Positions 28,900 to 38,499 of a stretch of DNA of 64,000 nt are shown here, piece by piece (position 1 is the first letter of the stretch; the number at the start of each line of letters is the position of its first letter). The notes under the pieces are model-generated. The model saw only the letters and a program-made list of their open reading frames with translations, ran no database searches and was not told the DNA's origin. Made by a program: the position numbers and the translations under genes. Source of the DNA: a virus; the IMG/VR virus record IMGVR_UViG_3300015370_000568, positions 67,085-131,084 of that record. One strand, 5' to 3'.

Positions 28900-31235
28900 T
28901 AGTATCCTGACAGTTGATCATATGTATATCTAATCCTGGCGGAATAGCAATACACCTCGTCGGCAGCATTCTTTGTGATTGCTCGAACTTGGATGTAGTA
29001 AAAATAGTTCGCATTTTGTACGAGCTGTGACCCAGGAGTGTCGATGCTCGAATCGGTTACTGTCTGAGAGACTCCTCCATGATCAGTCGTGTCCGTGATG
29101 TGCAGAATGGCATCTCCAAGACCTCCGACAATTGGATAGCGAAGCAAATATATATCAACCTCGTCCAACACATCATTAAAAGAAGTCGTGTATCGAACTT
29201 GCAAATCTGATATTGATGCGCCATTCGGCAAATGAACTGGAGCCAAACAAGAAGACGATTGATCTTCAATGTCTTCTAGGAATAAATGAAGTAATCCAAT
29301 CTGCCAGTTGTTGACTCCTCCTGTCGCTAAACTGTTTTTAACAAAATCAGAAGGACCTAAAGACAGAAAGCCTGTTTGATTTGTTCCGTACTTAAAATCT
29401 CCAGCGCCAAGCCCATCAGCATTAGCATAGACATCATTGTTGGCACTAATATCATTACCGGCAGTTAAGTCGGTAGTTATCTGAGCATTTGTTCCCCACA
29501 GCAAAGTACCAAAAATCAAATCGCAATAGATATGGAAAGAAGCCCCGCCGGTACGATGGAAATACAAAGTGTCTCCTAGCCAATATGACCATACTCGCGG
29601 GGATCCAACAGGCGACAGACCATTAGTGATACCAAAATTACCGAACCAGGGCATAGAAACGGCCACGGATTCGAAAGCTCCAGCAGCACCTCTGAATGTG
29701 TGACACATTTGAGAGGTAGTCCCAAGATTACCAGCTACAGAAAGTGTCTCTACATTGATTTTGTTGTAAGCAGGAGTCCAGCCACCAAGAGAAAGCCCCT
29801 GGTCTAGCATTAGCTTATCATTTTCTAAACGTAAATAGTCAACGACTCCTGCATAAGCATGAGGCTCGAAATGGAGATAAGGACCAGAGCTTGAGCCAAA
29901 ATAAAGACCATAAGATTCCGAAGAGTTATGAAGATATGATCCTCCAGAAGGAGACATGGCGCCAAACACCATATGACCCAGCATAGCGTTATCGTGTCGA
30001 TCTCTTCTGTCTCCTGATGTCCCTTCAGTACCTACCTGAGTACCTGCTCTATGTAGATATTGTGGATGAGCATCATTAATCCATCGAGATCTCTTGAAAG
30101 GAGGCACAGTAGATGGATAGTTAGTAGATCCTGATGGAGTGACTAGATCTACCAAGTCTTCATGAGATAGTCGTTGGCCCCTAAAGAAACCATCTACTGT
30201 AGCTCCCGTATGGTCATGGCTAACCCAGTTATTTCGAAGATTATCTACCAAAACAGATAACGGCGCCCCAACTGTAACTAAAGCATAACGCGCTATGTTA
30301 GGAGAACCTGCTGTTCCTGGATTAGAGACCAGGCTAAGAGGAGAAACAGATAGTCTGGTATTAGAAACGCGCCTAAAAGTTAATCCGGAAACGATTGTTT
30401 CTGAATCGGTATCCCAGAGATAGACAAATCCATCAGGAATATCATCTGTTGCAGAGAAAAGAGCAGCAGATAAAACACTCGGTAGTGTGTAAGCAGAACC
30501 AGAATAATAAGTAGAAGTAATATCCGGTGCTAAATCACTAGCCCGATTGGCAAACAATGTAGCATCAGGAATAGGTAAATCGATATAACAGTTAGTACCA
30601 TCTGTCCATACACCACACATACCACTAGACCCCCAGGTAGTAATCCTGGGGTCAGGGAACACATTAAGCTTCAAATGAGTGAAATCAAGTTGTCCAGTAG
30701 CAGCATAATCTCCATGTGGGTTATCAGAATCACCTGCAATATCACACTTATAGGTAACAACAGTACCTGCTTGGATTGGAGTGACAGTATAGACTGTATT
30801 ACCAATAACTGCATAGTCACCAGGCTGTTGCATGGTAGCTAGTGTAGTTCTTCGAGTAGTCATGGCTCCAGCAGGGTCAGTTGTTACTGTCCAACCTGCT
30901 GCCAGGTCTGAGGGATAGTATCGCAGAGCAAATTCACAAACAGTATCAACAGCAATGGTGTCGACATAAGTAATGTCGGCAGTATGAACTACACGAGGCT
31001 GAGCACTTCCCATTCCTCCGATAGCACGGGCAATATTGGCAATATGATTTCGATACACAGCGTCATTGAACTTGGAAGAACCTCCTTGGTTCCAAACATC
31101 TCCAATAGCTCCTTCAAGAAGACGATTGGCGTCTCGAGCCTGTTGAGCTAACCCAGTCAGCTTGGTACTGTCAGGTAATTCTCCCTGCCCAAAAAGATAA
31201 TTTCTGACATGTGTTTGTCGGAATTTGTCAGCCAT
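28899..31235 (-). CDS. Putative tail fibre/receptor-binding protein
   Basis: N-terminal FGQGELP..K attachment-like segment, HDH and DAHPQYLHR fibre motifs, C-terminal beta-sandwich. Confidence 0.6.
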   Translation of the reverse strand: MADKFRQTHVRNYLFGQGELPDSTKLTGLAQQARDANRLLEGAIGDVWNQGGSSKFNDAVYRNHIANIARAIGGMGSAQPRVVHTADITYVDTIAVDTVCEFALRYYPSDLAAGWTVTTDPAGAMTTRRTTLATMQQPGDYAVIGNTVYTVTPIQAGTVVTYKCDIAGDSDNPHGDYAATGQLDFTHLKLNVFPDPRITTWGSSGMCGVWTDGTNCYIDLPIPDATLFANRASDLAPDITSTYYSGSAYTLPSVLSAALFSATDDIPDGFVYLWDTDSETIVSGLTFRRVSNTRLSVSPLSLVSNPGTAGSPNIARYALVTVGAPLSVLVDNLRNNWVSHDHTGATVDGFFRGQRLSHEDLVDLVTPSGSTNYPSTVPPFKRSRWINDAHPQYLHRAGTQVGTEGTSGDRRDRHDNAMLGHMVFGAMSPSGGSYLHNSSESYGLYFGSSSGPYLHFEPHAYAGVVDYLRLENDKLMLDQGLSLGGWTPAYNKINVETLSVAGNLGTTSQMCHTFRGAAGAFESVAVSMPWFGNFGITNGLSPVGSPRVWSYWLGDTLYFHRTGGASFHIYCDLIFGTLLWGTNAQITTDLTAGNDISANNDVYANADGLGAGDFKYGTNQTGFLSLGPSDFVKNSLATGGVNNWQIGLLHLFLEDIEDQSSSCLAPVHLPNGASISDLQVRYTTSFNDVLDEVDIYLLRYPIVGGLGDAILHITDTTDHGGVSQTVTDSSIDTPGSQLVQNANYFYYIQVRAITKNAADEVYCYSARIRYTYDQLSGY

Positions 31236-31250
31236 TCAATAGTCTCCTTC

Positions 31251-33395
31251 TTATGCCACTATCCCACTATCAACCACAAACGAGACGCCTAGAACCGCTG
31301 GTGGATTGATGTCGAGGAATGTCAAATTGTCTAACGCCGAAGCTGCTGTAAACATTGGAGAAAGACTGGTCAGTCTCCATCCAAAAGGAATTTCTCCTGA
31401 AGCAGCAGCTAGAGAACCAGGAATTACTCCTGAAGGAAGAGCATTGGCTGCATCTAAATACCATGTCCCTTTGCCTTCCTCTGAAACATCAACAAATACG
31501 TCGATTTCATTACTATAAATCCAATAGTTCCTTCTTTGATTATATGTCTTGGCTTGTAATGTCGCAAGAGCAGGAGCTACTACAAAAAACCCTTCAATCC
31601 CACTATCTGTTACTGGAAGACTTGTGCCAAAAGATAACATAATCCCGCTATCTACAGTAGTCATTGAGTCTGGACGAAGAGCTGTCCAACAACCTAGTTG
31701 TCCAGTATGAGGGTTAAGAGCACTTGTGGACCATTGAGCAACTAGTTTCTTTCTGCCGCCAGGGAAACCAGTATATTGAACTGGCATTCCGAGACCTTCC
31801 CAACCAGCCCTACGTAATTCTTCCCAAGCTCGCTGTTGTACTATATTGCCATAAGGAACATCATCTACATCGGCTCTAGTAAAGAAAGCATCTAATGCTT
31901 CATCACTAGGTAAAGGCTGACCTAAGACTTCATCATCACTATAGATACCATAGACAAAGACATTATCAACGCCGCTATCTGCAGGAGAAACTGATCTTAG
32001 AAGAAGCTGATTAGTAGCTCCCATATCCTCCAAATCAATAAATTCACCGAGGTCGTATACCGTGTCAGGCGATTGTAAACGTGCATATGCTTTACCTTTG
32101 GCATTGGTTGTTCCTGTGACTGTGTCAGCAGCAAGATTTCCTAATGAAGTCCCGCCACGGTCACCATTGAAGAAGAAAGTAACAGCCTGGTTTTCTAAAG
32201 GAGTCTCTGTAGTATCTAATACAGTAGCAGTTAAGAGAGAATACTGGTTACCTACTGCTAAAGGACCATAAGTAGGAGACATTGTTGGAAGATCTGCTTC
32301 AAGAGTAATAGTGTCTGGGTCTGAAATACCCCGAGACAGAATGAGGAAATTTCTATGGTCGCCCTTTTTGAATAACTCGATAGCTGTATCCCATGCCGTT
32401 GTCAAATCAGGCGTAGAATCAACTTCATACTCAACGCCAGGAGTACAAGTATAATAGACACCAATAGACTTACCTGGTGTAGGAACAAGACCAGAATGAA
32501 CTCCATCACCGAAATAGAGGACACCCATATCATGGTCAACAAGTACTTGTTCGCCACTATTTACAAAATCAGTGATTGAAGTAATAACACTCCATTCTCC
32601 TGATGGATAAATAGTGCCGGCATCATACAGGAAGACATGAGGAGAACTTGGCATCACCGGGAAATAAGGAAGATTCCAAGCTTCCCAGGCCTCTCCTTTT
32701 GCTACTCCAATGAAAAATAAATCCTCCCATACACCACTAGGAATTGCTCCAACAGGGAAAGTATAGTCATTGTTCAGAGTAGCTGTTACTGTTGTTTCTC
32801 CAGAACTCAACGGATCCATATCATAATAGACCATCATCTCTGGAATAGTATGGTCCACATTGCTCCAGGTAATAGTCTTTGCTACATCGTCCCAAGTATC
32901 TAACTCTACTCCACCAACATATCGACCACTGAAATAGGCTACTTTGGCAAATTCATTATAGATTTCTTCTACCCCATAGTCTTCAGTATTAACTCGATAA
33001 TACTGTCGAGCTATCATGGGAATACCTGTTTTGGGGAGATGAGCAAGAGTCAGGACCATTCCAGAGTTAGCTACATCAATACCTGAAGAAGGGAATAATT
33101 CAATAGTCCCGCCATCAGAATACATATAACTGCCAATTTGACCAAAATAATACCAACCATGTTGGACTTGTGGTCTCCAATAGGCTTCATCATTGAAGAA
33201 CTCTTCTACAACTCCTTCATAACGAAGGTCTTTACCTCCACCAATACCAGTATCGAACATAGAAGGAACAAAGACACTTAGATTTGGGTCCCAAAAGACA
33301 GGACCTCGGTTGATATCATTTTCGTAGACACGAGAAATATATCCACTATTCCAGCGGAATCCTGACCTTGAAAATCGACCAATTTTTTTACTCAA
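31251..33395 (-). CDS. Baseplate-associated protein with Ig-like (Big_1) segment; extremely Ser-Gly rich
   Basis: GVLYFGDG..G..P baseplate motif, LTATVLD...VTF...TTNAKGKA Ig-like segment; TTG start. Confidence 0.6.
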   Translation of the reverse strand: MSKKIGRFSRSGFRWNSGYISRVYENDINRGPVFWDPNLSVFVPSMFDTGIGGGKDLRYEGVVEEFFNDEAYWRPQVQHGWYYFGQIGSYMYSDGGTIELFPSSGIDVANSGMVLTLAHLPKTGIPMIARQYYRVNTEDYGVEEIYNEFAKVAYFSGRYVGGVELDTWDDVAKTITWSNVDHTIPEMMVYYDMDPLSSGETTVTATLNNDYTFPVGAIPSGVWEDLFFIGVAKGEAWEAWNLPYFPVMPSSPHVFLYDAGTIYPSGEWSVITSITDFVNSGEQVLVDHDMGVLYFGDGVHSGLVPTPGKSIGVYYTCTPGVEYEVDSTPDLTTAWDTAIELFKKGDHRNFLILSRGISDPDTITLEADLPTMSPTYGPLAVGNQYSLLTATVLDTTETPLENQAVTFFFNGDRGGTSLGNLAADTVTGTTNAKGKAYARLQSPDTVYDLGEFIDLEDMGATNQLLLRSVSPADSGVDNVFVYGIYSDDEVLGQPLPSDEALDAFFTRADVDDVPYGNIVQQRAWEELRRAGWEGLGMPVQYTGFPGGRKKLVAQWSTSALNPHTGQLGCWTALRPDSMTTVDSGIMLSFGTSLPVTDSGIEGFFVVAPALATLQAKTYNQRRNYWIYSNEIDVFVDVSEEGKGTWYLDAANALPSGVIPGSLAAASGEIPFGWRLTSLSPMFTAASALDNLTFLDINPPAVLGVSFVVDSGIVA

Positions 33396-34331
33396 CTAAA
33401 TTCCCCAAATCACAGCCGAGCCAATGCTCTTTAACTCATTATTGACATCAAGACCTAAAGCAGTTAAATCTGTTGGATTAAAAGTTCCATCAGCAATAGC
33501 TTCTTCTTTGAAAAGCAGGTTGAGAGAATCGGAATCCATCAAGTCATAGACCTCTACAGGAGATGCTTTAAGAGTAAACGGCCATTCAATATACTGATAC
33601 CTTACTGTTGACCCTGCCGATACTTCATAAGAGTATACCACACCATTAGTAGCATCTAGATACCAATCTCCTCGCTGAGTAACAGAAGCTGCATCTGTCT
33701 TCTTTTGTTGCGGATTGAAGGTCTCTATATCAGAAAAATAGATAGGAGCATATGAAGTCAAAGGAGGAGTATAGTCTTTGACTGGATAATGCTTCAAGGT
33801 AAAATGTGGCATCGAAGGAACTAGTTCAGACGGAACAATGACATGATTTGCCTGTTCATACATCTGGCTAGCTGGCCAATAATCAGCTCCAGCCTGTTGT
33901 AAACTAGCTGACCAATCAGGTACAGCATTAATAGCATTTACCACTTCATAGTAATAAAGGACTCTTGTTGGCACCAAAGGAGTCTCGTATTGCATCATAT
34001 TGATTGAAGCTGCAAGAGTAACTCGCCAATCTGTCCAGAGTTTTAAGTAACAACCAGCTACTTCTACTCCAGCATTACCGTTAGAGCCTGTATAGTTAAT
34101 CTCAAGAGCATCATAAATCTCAAAACCTAACTCTCTAGTTAATCCATGAATCAATCCAATAAAAGTAGAATTGGCCCGGTGAGCAAACACATCTAAAAGA
34201 CGAGCTTTATAGTCTTTATTGCCTTCACCTGGAAGACGTATTAACCCTAGTGAAATACCCCACTCATCTAACTGATTGAAGACTCTACGACGAATTACCT
34301 CATTTGCTGTTTTGGTATATGTCGTAGCCAT
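33396..34331 (-). CDS. Baseplate wedge protein (P2 gpI-like N-terminus)
   Basis: LDEWGISLGLIRLPGE...YKARL motif. Confidence 0.62.
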   Translation of the reverse strand: MATTYTKTANEVIRRRVFNQLDEWGISLGLIRLPGEGNKDYKARLLDVFAHRANSTFIGLIHGLTRELGFEIYDALEINYTGSNGNAGVEVAGCYLKLWTDWRVTLAASINMMQYETPLVPTRVLYYYEVVNAINAVPDWSASLQQAGADYWPASQMYEQANHVIVPSELVPSMPHFTLKHYPVKDYTPPLTSYAPIYFSDIETFNPQQKKTDAASVTQRGDWYLDATNGVVYSYEVSAGSTVRYQYIEWPFTLKASPVEVYDLMDSDSLNLLFKEEAIADGTFNPTDLTALGLDVNNELKSIGSAVIWGI

Positions 34332-36010
34332 TAGGTAAATTCTACCTCATCATAGTCTTCAGCGAAATAGGCAATGTTATTCATCGCATCTATCACTGCC
34401 CGGTCATTATGCATATTGAGGCGATAGTATCCTCCTGCCTTGACCCATAAGTTACCATCTATATCAAAATCGACACCACTTACATCTGTTACTAGACTAG
34501 CTAATGAGATTTCAACAATAGCGTCCAGAACATCAACAGTAACAACTCTCTGATCTGTATGAGTTTCATCTGCAAACTGAGTCTCAAGAGTAAAGATATG
34601 GTCTCCAACTTCAGTTGGATTCAACACCAGAGTAGGGATAAGAACACGGCCAGAAGGGTCAAAAGACTTATGGTCAGGTCTATACTGCCACTCGAAAAGA
34701 GTATCAGCTACTTCTGTACCATCTGCCAGAATAGCTTTCCTGGTCCCATCAGGGTAAGTATGGAACATACGAGACCGCTGAGGGTCTGTTGCATAATGAG
34801 CTAAATCTGCATCAATAACTAACTCGCCGCCAGGAGGAACAAAGTCTGAACTAGTAACTATACGGCCGAAAGCATCAAAATCTTTGTCTATCAATGCCGC
34901 AAGATTTGGAATAGCAAGGTCTCTTAAATCATAGATGAACAACATATCAGGCATCAAAGGAGCAATACCATCCCCCACAACAAAAAGAAATCGTCTGTGT
35001 GGCATTAATGCCATACCTGTAGCCATTACTTCATTACCTGATGCTGTTCTTAATTGTGTTTCGCGTACAGTATCTAATACTGCATAACCACTACGAAAAG
35101 TTGTGTCATTGACAACAGTATATTGCTTTTTTTGCAGAACTGCACCAAAAGAACCAGGATATAGAGAAGGATTGACTTGCGATAGAGTAGTTAGACTCCA
35201 TTTCTGAACACTACGTACTCTATCTTCTGTCCAAGCAGGTTCTGTAGTATCAAGAATTGGCCGTTCTTCTTCTTGAAACTTACCTGATACTACCCTAATA
35301 TGAGTATCTTCTCCTGTTAGATAAGTAACATCCACTTCTTCTACATAACTGAAAGTTCGTTGTGTTGTCCGACTATCATTGAAAAGAAAGGAAAGTTTCT
35401 CAACTATCTCTTTTCCGAAACGATCCTTTCCTTTAATCGTGACTTGAGCTTGTTGCCGAGACTCTGCTGAATAGAATAAAGAACCATGAGTAATAGTAAC
35501 CGTCAGCTTATTGCTAAAAGGCAGAGTTGCATTGACAACAAAAGGAGCTTGTGAAACTTCTGCAATAAACAGGTTGGCATCTACAACTACATGCAGATTC
35601 GCAATACTTTGACTCTCAGCAAGACTGACTCGTGTTGGAGGAGATTCATAAAAGAGTGTTTCAAGACTATTAGGGTCTGTCAGAGATACTGTATACCAAA
35701 CACCACTCTTTTTCCCCCGCATTGTTGGAGCTATTAAGACTTGATGACCCGGGAAATCTTCTGTGAATTGTAATGTGAAACCGCGTAATTCTACTTCACT
35801 AACTGGCCCCAAACCATTACAATCACAACGAATTAGCCAGTTATTTGCTAACTCTCGCTGAAGTTGCATCCTGAAATCTTCTAAAGGCTGAGCAATAGCA
35901 TTAAGAACCTGAGCCCCAAGAGACTGTCTATCTTCCCTAATTACACTCCAACGAGGATATGAATTACACATATCCTGAGTAATATTAGGCAGATAGTATT
36001 TTCCTTCCAT
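34331..36010 (-). CDS. Baseplate structural protein (hypothetical)
   Basis: 559-aa ORF between the J-like and I-like genes. Confidence 0.55.
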   Translation of the reverse strand: MEGKYYLPNITQDMCNSYPRWSVIREDRQSLGAQVLNAIAQPLEDFRMQLQRELANNWLIRCDCNGLGPVSEVELRGFTLQFTEDFPGHQVLIAPTMRGKKSGVWYTVSLTDPNSLETLFYESPPTRVSLAESQSIANLHVVVDANLFIAEVSQAPFVVNATLPFSNKLTVTITHGSLFYSAESRQQAQVTIKGKDRFGKEIVEKLSFLFNDSRTTQRTFSYVEEVDVTYLTGEDTHIRVVSGKFQEEERPILDTTEPAWTEDRVRSVQKWSLTTLSQVNPSLYPGSFGAVLQKKQYTVVNDTTFRSGYAVLDTVRETQLRTASGNEVMATGMALMPHRRFLFVVGDGIAPLMPDMLFIYDLRDLAIPNLAALIDKDFDAFGRIVTSSDFVPPGGELVIDADLAHYATDPQRSRMFHTYPDGTRKAILADGTEVADTLFEWQYRPDHKSFDPSGRVLIPTLVLNPTEVGDHIFTLETQFADETHTDQRVVTVDVLDAIVEISLASLVTDVSGVDFDIDGNLWVKAGGYYRLNMHNDRAVIDAMNNIAYFAEDYDEVEFT

Positions 36011-36013
36011 ACC

Positions 36014-37243
36014 TTAAATCCAACTTATAGTGATAGCATTGATATCATCGGGATAGATAATAATTCTGCCGAAACTAGTTGTAGCATCTATCGGGCTAAG
36101 ATCTCGCGGAGGATCAACCTTACTAAAGCTAGGATCATCTGGATCGGCTTTTTCATCATAGTACATTTCATCAATCGGTCTCCCGGGAGTGATTCCCATC
36201 GTCTGGATTTCATCAGATACCTCCATCACTCTCTGAATTGCTTCAGCTAGAGAAAAGGATTCACCGATATCCAGAGAGTTCACATACTCCTTCAATGACT
36301 GTCTTACATCTCGAGTAATAGCTGTCTGTTCTGAAGAAGTAATTGTCCTCCGAGACTTCAACGAAATGACAAACTTGAGTGATATTGTATCAGGAGCCTT
36401 TGCTATAACGTAAAGCCCTACTCCTTTCTTTTCTTCAATCGCTGCTTGAACAGCATCAATTAAAGACTGAGAAACTGTCGGTGTCGTAGACTTCAACAGA
36501 ACCTCAAATGTTCCAGCCCCCTGAGCATAAGGATATAACACCACATCTGCTACCCCAGGCACAGCTAAAGCTGCCATCCTGATAGATGTCGAGTTAGCTG
36601 CTTCTGCCGCCACAACTTGCTGACTAAGCCGATACCGATAACTAGCGTCTGTCTCTGTGTCAGAACCATTATCAATCGAAGAAGTATTGATAACTTTCAG
36701 GTCAGTATAGTTATCAATCCCATTGAAATCATGATACTTTAATTGATAGCGACCTACACTAGCAGCAGACCCTGAAGCTAAAGATTCAACAGGGACATAT
36801 TGTTCTGAGCGAGTACGATTGAGAACTACACTAACAGGGAGTCTATACTCTGCTATTCCAGTAGTTGTAGGACTGGCGCTGATATTGACACCGGCAGGAA
36901 GAGTAATATCCAGGCCGCCGTTAATAGAACCGAAAGTACCTGTTTCGACATAGAACTTTACGACTAGCTGACCAGCAGATACAGAAGCTCTAGTAGGTTG
37001 GCGACGTTCTAAAGACAATAGTTCGCCTAACCAGTCAAGGAATTTTCCTTCTGCATGACGAATGAAAGAAAGAAGAATAGTCTCATCAAATTGACGATAA
37101 GCTGTGGCTAAACGTTTGGCTACTGCTTCAGTCAAAGCTCGTGCTTTGGTTCCAGGTGCGGCAGTAGTTAATGCTGTATTATTGACGAGATCGGACACAA
37201 TCTCGCTGACAATATCTTCTTGTGTTCTACCAAAGAAAGGCAT
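36014..37243 (-). CDS. Baseplate J/gp47-like wedge protein
   Basis: AEGKFLDWLGELLSLER, NGSDTETDASYRYR, ALAVPGVADV, GAGTFEV. Confidence 0.9.
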   Translation of the reverse strand: MPFFGRTQEDIVSEIVSDLVNNTALTTAAPGTKARALTEAVAKRLATAYRQFDETILLSFIRHAEGKFLDWLGELLSLERRQPTRASVSAGQLVVKFYVETGTFGSINGGLDITLPAGVNISASPTTTGIAEYRLPVSVVLNRTRSEQYVPVESLASGSAASVGRYQLKYHDFNGIDNYTDLKVINTSSIDNGSDTETDASYRYRLSQQVVAAEAANSTSIRMAALAVPGVADVVLYPYAQGAGTFEVLLKSTTPTVSQSLIDAVQAAIEEKKGVGLYVIAKAPDTISLKFVISLKSRRTITSSEQTAITRDVRQSLKEYVNSLDIGESFSLAEAIQRVMEVSDEIQTMGITPGRPIDEMYYDEKADPDDPSFSKVDPPRDLSPIDATTSFGRIIIYPDDINAITISWI

Positions 37244-37252
37244 GCTTTCCTC

Positions 37253-37690
37253 CTAGATAACTATTCCTTTACCACCAAACATGAACAAGAACTGTAGCCT
37301 TAAAAACCCTTCTTCAAGAGAATTTCTAGTAGTAGGCATAGCCTGAACCGCAATCAAAACTAACACAGACTCATGATTCACAGGAGTAACTTTGATAGCA
37401 AGGTCACTGGGTTGGACCTTGGCGTTAGCTACAATCGATTCAAATAGACGTTTATGAATAGCCTGAGCAGTATCTCGAGTATTAGGTTCTCCAATAAAAC
37501 TTTCAATGTCAGCACCAAAATAAGGGAAGAACTCCCAATCTCGGAATTCTGATCGGACAATCGACACTACCATTTGACGCAATGCCTCAATCTGATCGTC
37601 TCTTGTATCAAATAGATCTCCATCCGGCCCTAACTCATAATCGCCGTTCCAGCTAAATGAAAGCTCTATCTGGTCGTAATTCCTAGGCAA
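37253..37690 (-). CDS. gp25/gpW-like baseplate wedge (sheath initiator)
   Basis: DGDL...Q...R...W...P.FGADI..FIGEPN pattern; immediately upstream of the J-like gene. Confidence 0.75.
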   Translation of the reverse strand: MPRNYDQIELSFSWNGDYELGPDGDLFDTRDDQIEALRQMVVSIVRSEFRDWEFFPYFGADIESFIGEPNTRDTAQAIHKRLFESIVANAKVQPSDLAIKVTPVNHESVLVLIAVQAMPTTRNSLEEGFLRLQFLFMFGGKGIVI

Positions 37691-37693
37691 TTA

Positions 37694-38026
37694 TTACCCC
37701 GCTGCTGCAGCTGCTTGTAGAGCTAGTGTTAATGCTACAAGGGGAGCTGCTGTTTGGACGAGAGCTAATAGAGGCATCATGGGTACATTGATAACCTTGG
37801 CCGGCATCATAGAAGCAATAGTAGAAGGCATGATATGCAAAAGGTCAGGTCCTGCATTCTTGGTCAACATAGCCTGTTCTTGAACATCTGTCCCATGAAC
37901 AGAGAACTCTCGAGAATACTGTTTGAACTTTCCCTTAGGAGTCAATGACTCTTGCTGGCCATCAACATCCATGTGAATGCCAGTTTCATCAACAATAAAC
38001 GTCACATTACCTTCTCGAACTAACAT
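37694..38026 (-). CDS. Hypothetical protein (spike-region, beta-rich N-terminus)
   Basis: Lies between hub and gp25-like genes; GAGGAG ribosome-binding site. Confidence 0.5.
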   Translation of the reverse strand: MLVREGNVTFIVDETGIHMDVDGQQESLTPKGKFKQYSREFSVHGTDVQEQAMLTKNAGPDLLHIMPSTIASMMPAKVINVPMMPLLALVQTAAPLVALTLALQAAAAAG

Positions 38027-38041
38027 TGATAACTCCTCTGC

Positions 38042-38053
38042 CTATTATACTAC
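38042..38053 (-). promoter_or_regulatory. Putative -10 element GTAGTATAATAG
   Basis: Perfect TATAAT in a 23-bp intergenic gap; identical 12-mer at 53080..53091. Confidence 0.45.
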
Positions 38054-38493
38054 AATCCAAATCCGTAAACAGGTGGCTTAGTAGGCTCTTGCTGAATATC
38101 TATCCCTCCAGCTATTGTAGCCAAAATAGTATCTCGCGCCCCTCCTGCAGCCTCTGTTGCATTAACTATATCTTCTTTCAAGGCTAATACAGTAGCTATT
38201 GGGTTACGCCATAATTGGTCAACAATTACTTCTACATAGGCACCTTTGAGTTTTCTGGCAGGGTCTGGGCCGAAAATCATATCCAGAACTTTGGGGGCAT
38301 ATCCTAAAACAATCCAGCTACCTCCATTCAGAAAGTGTTGAGGATTGCTTTCAGATACAATTTTAGCTAAGGGAAAAGTCTTTCCATCCTTAGTTGCTAA
38401 CTCTCTGATAATACCTGTAGTTCTGTAAAGATCAGGTTCTCTTTTCCAGCTACTGAGATTCTTTTCTCTACGAAGTTTATCTACTATCCTCAT
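38050..38493 (-). CDS. Hypothetical protein (possible spike N-terminal domain)
   Basis: Follows the hub gene; assignment is by position only. Confidence 0.45.
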   Translation of the reverse strand: MRIVDKLRREKNLSSWKREPDLYRTTGIIRELATKDGKTFPLAKIVSESNPQHFLNGGSWIVLGYAPKVLDMIFGPDPARKLKGAYVEVIVDQLWRNPIATVLALKEDIVNATEAAGGARDTILATIAGGIDIQQEPTKPPVYGFGL

Positions 38494-38499
38494 CTCTTG

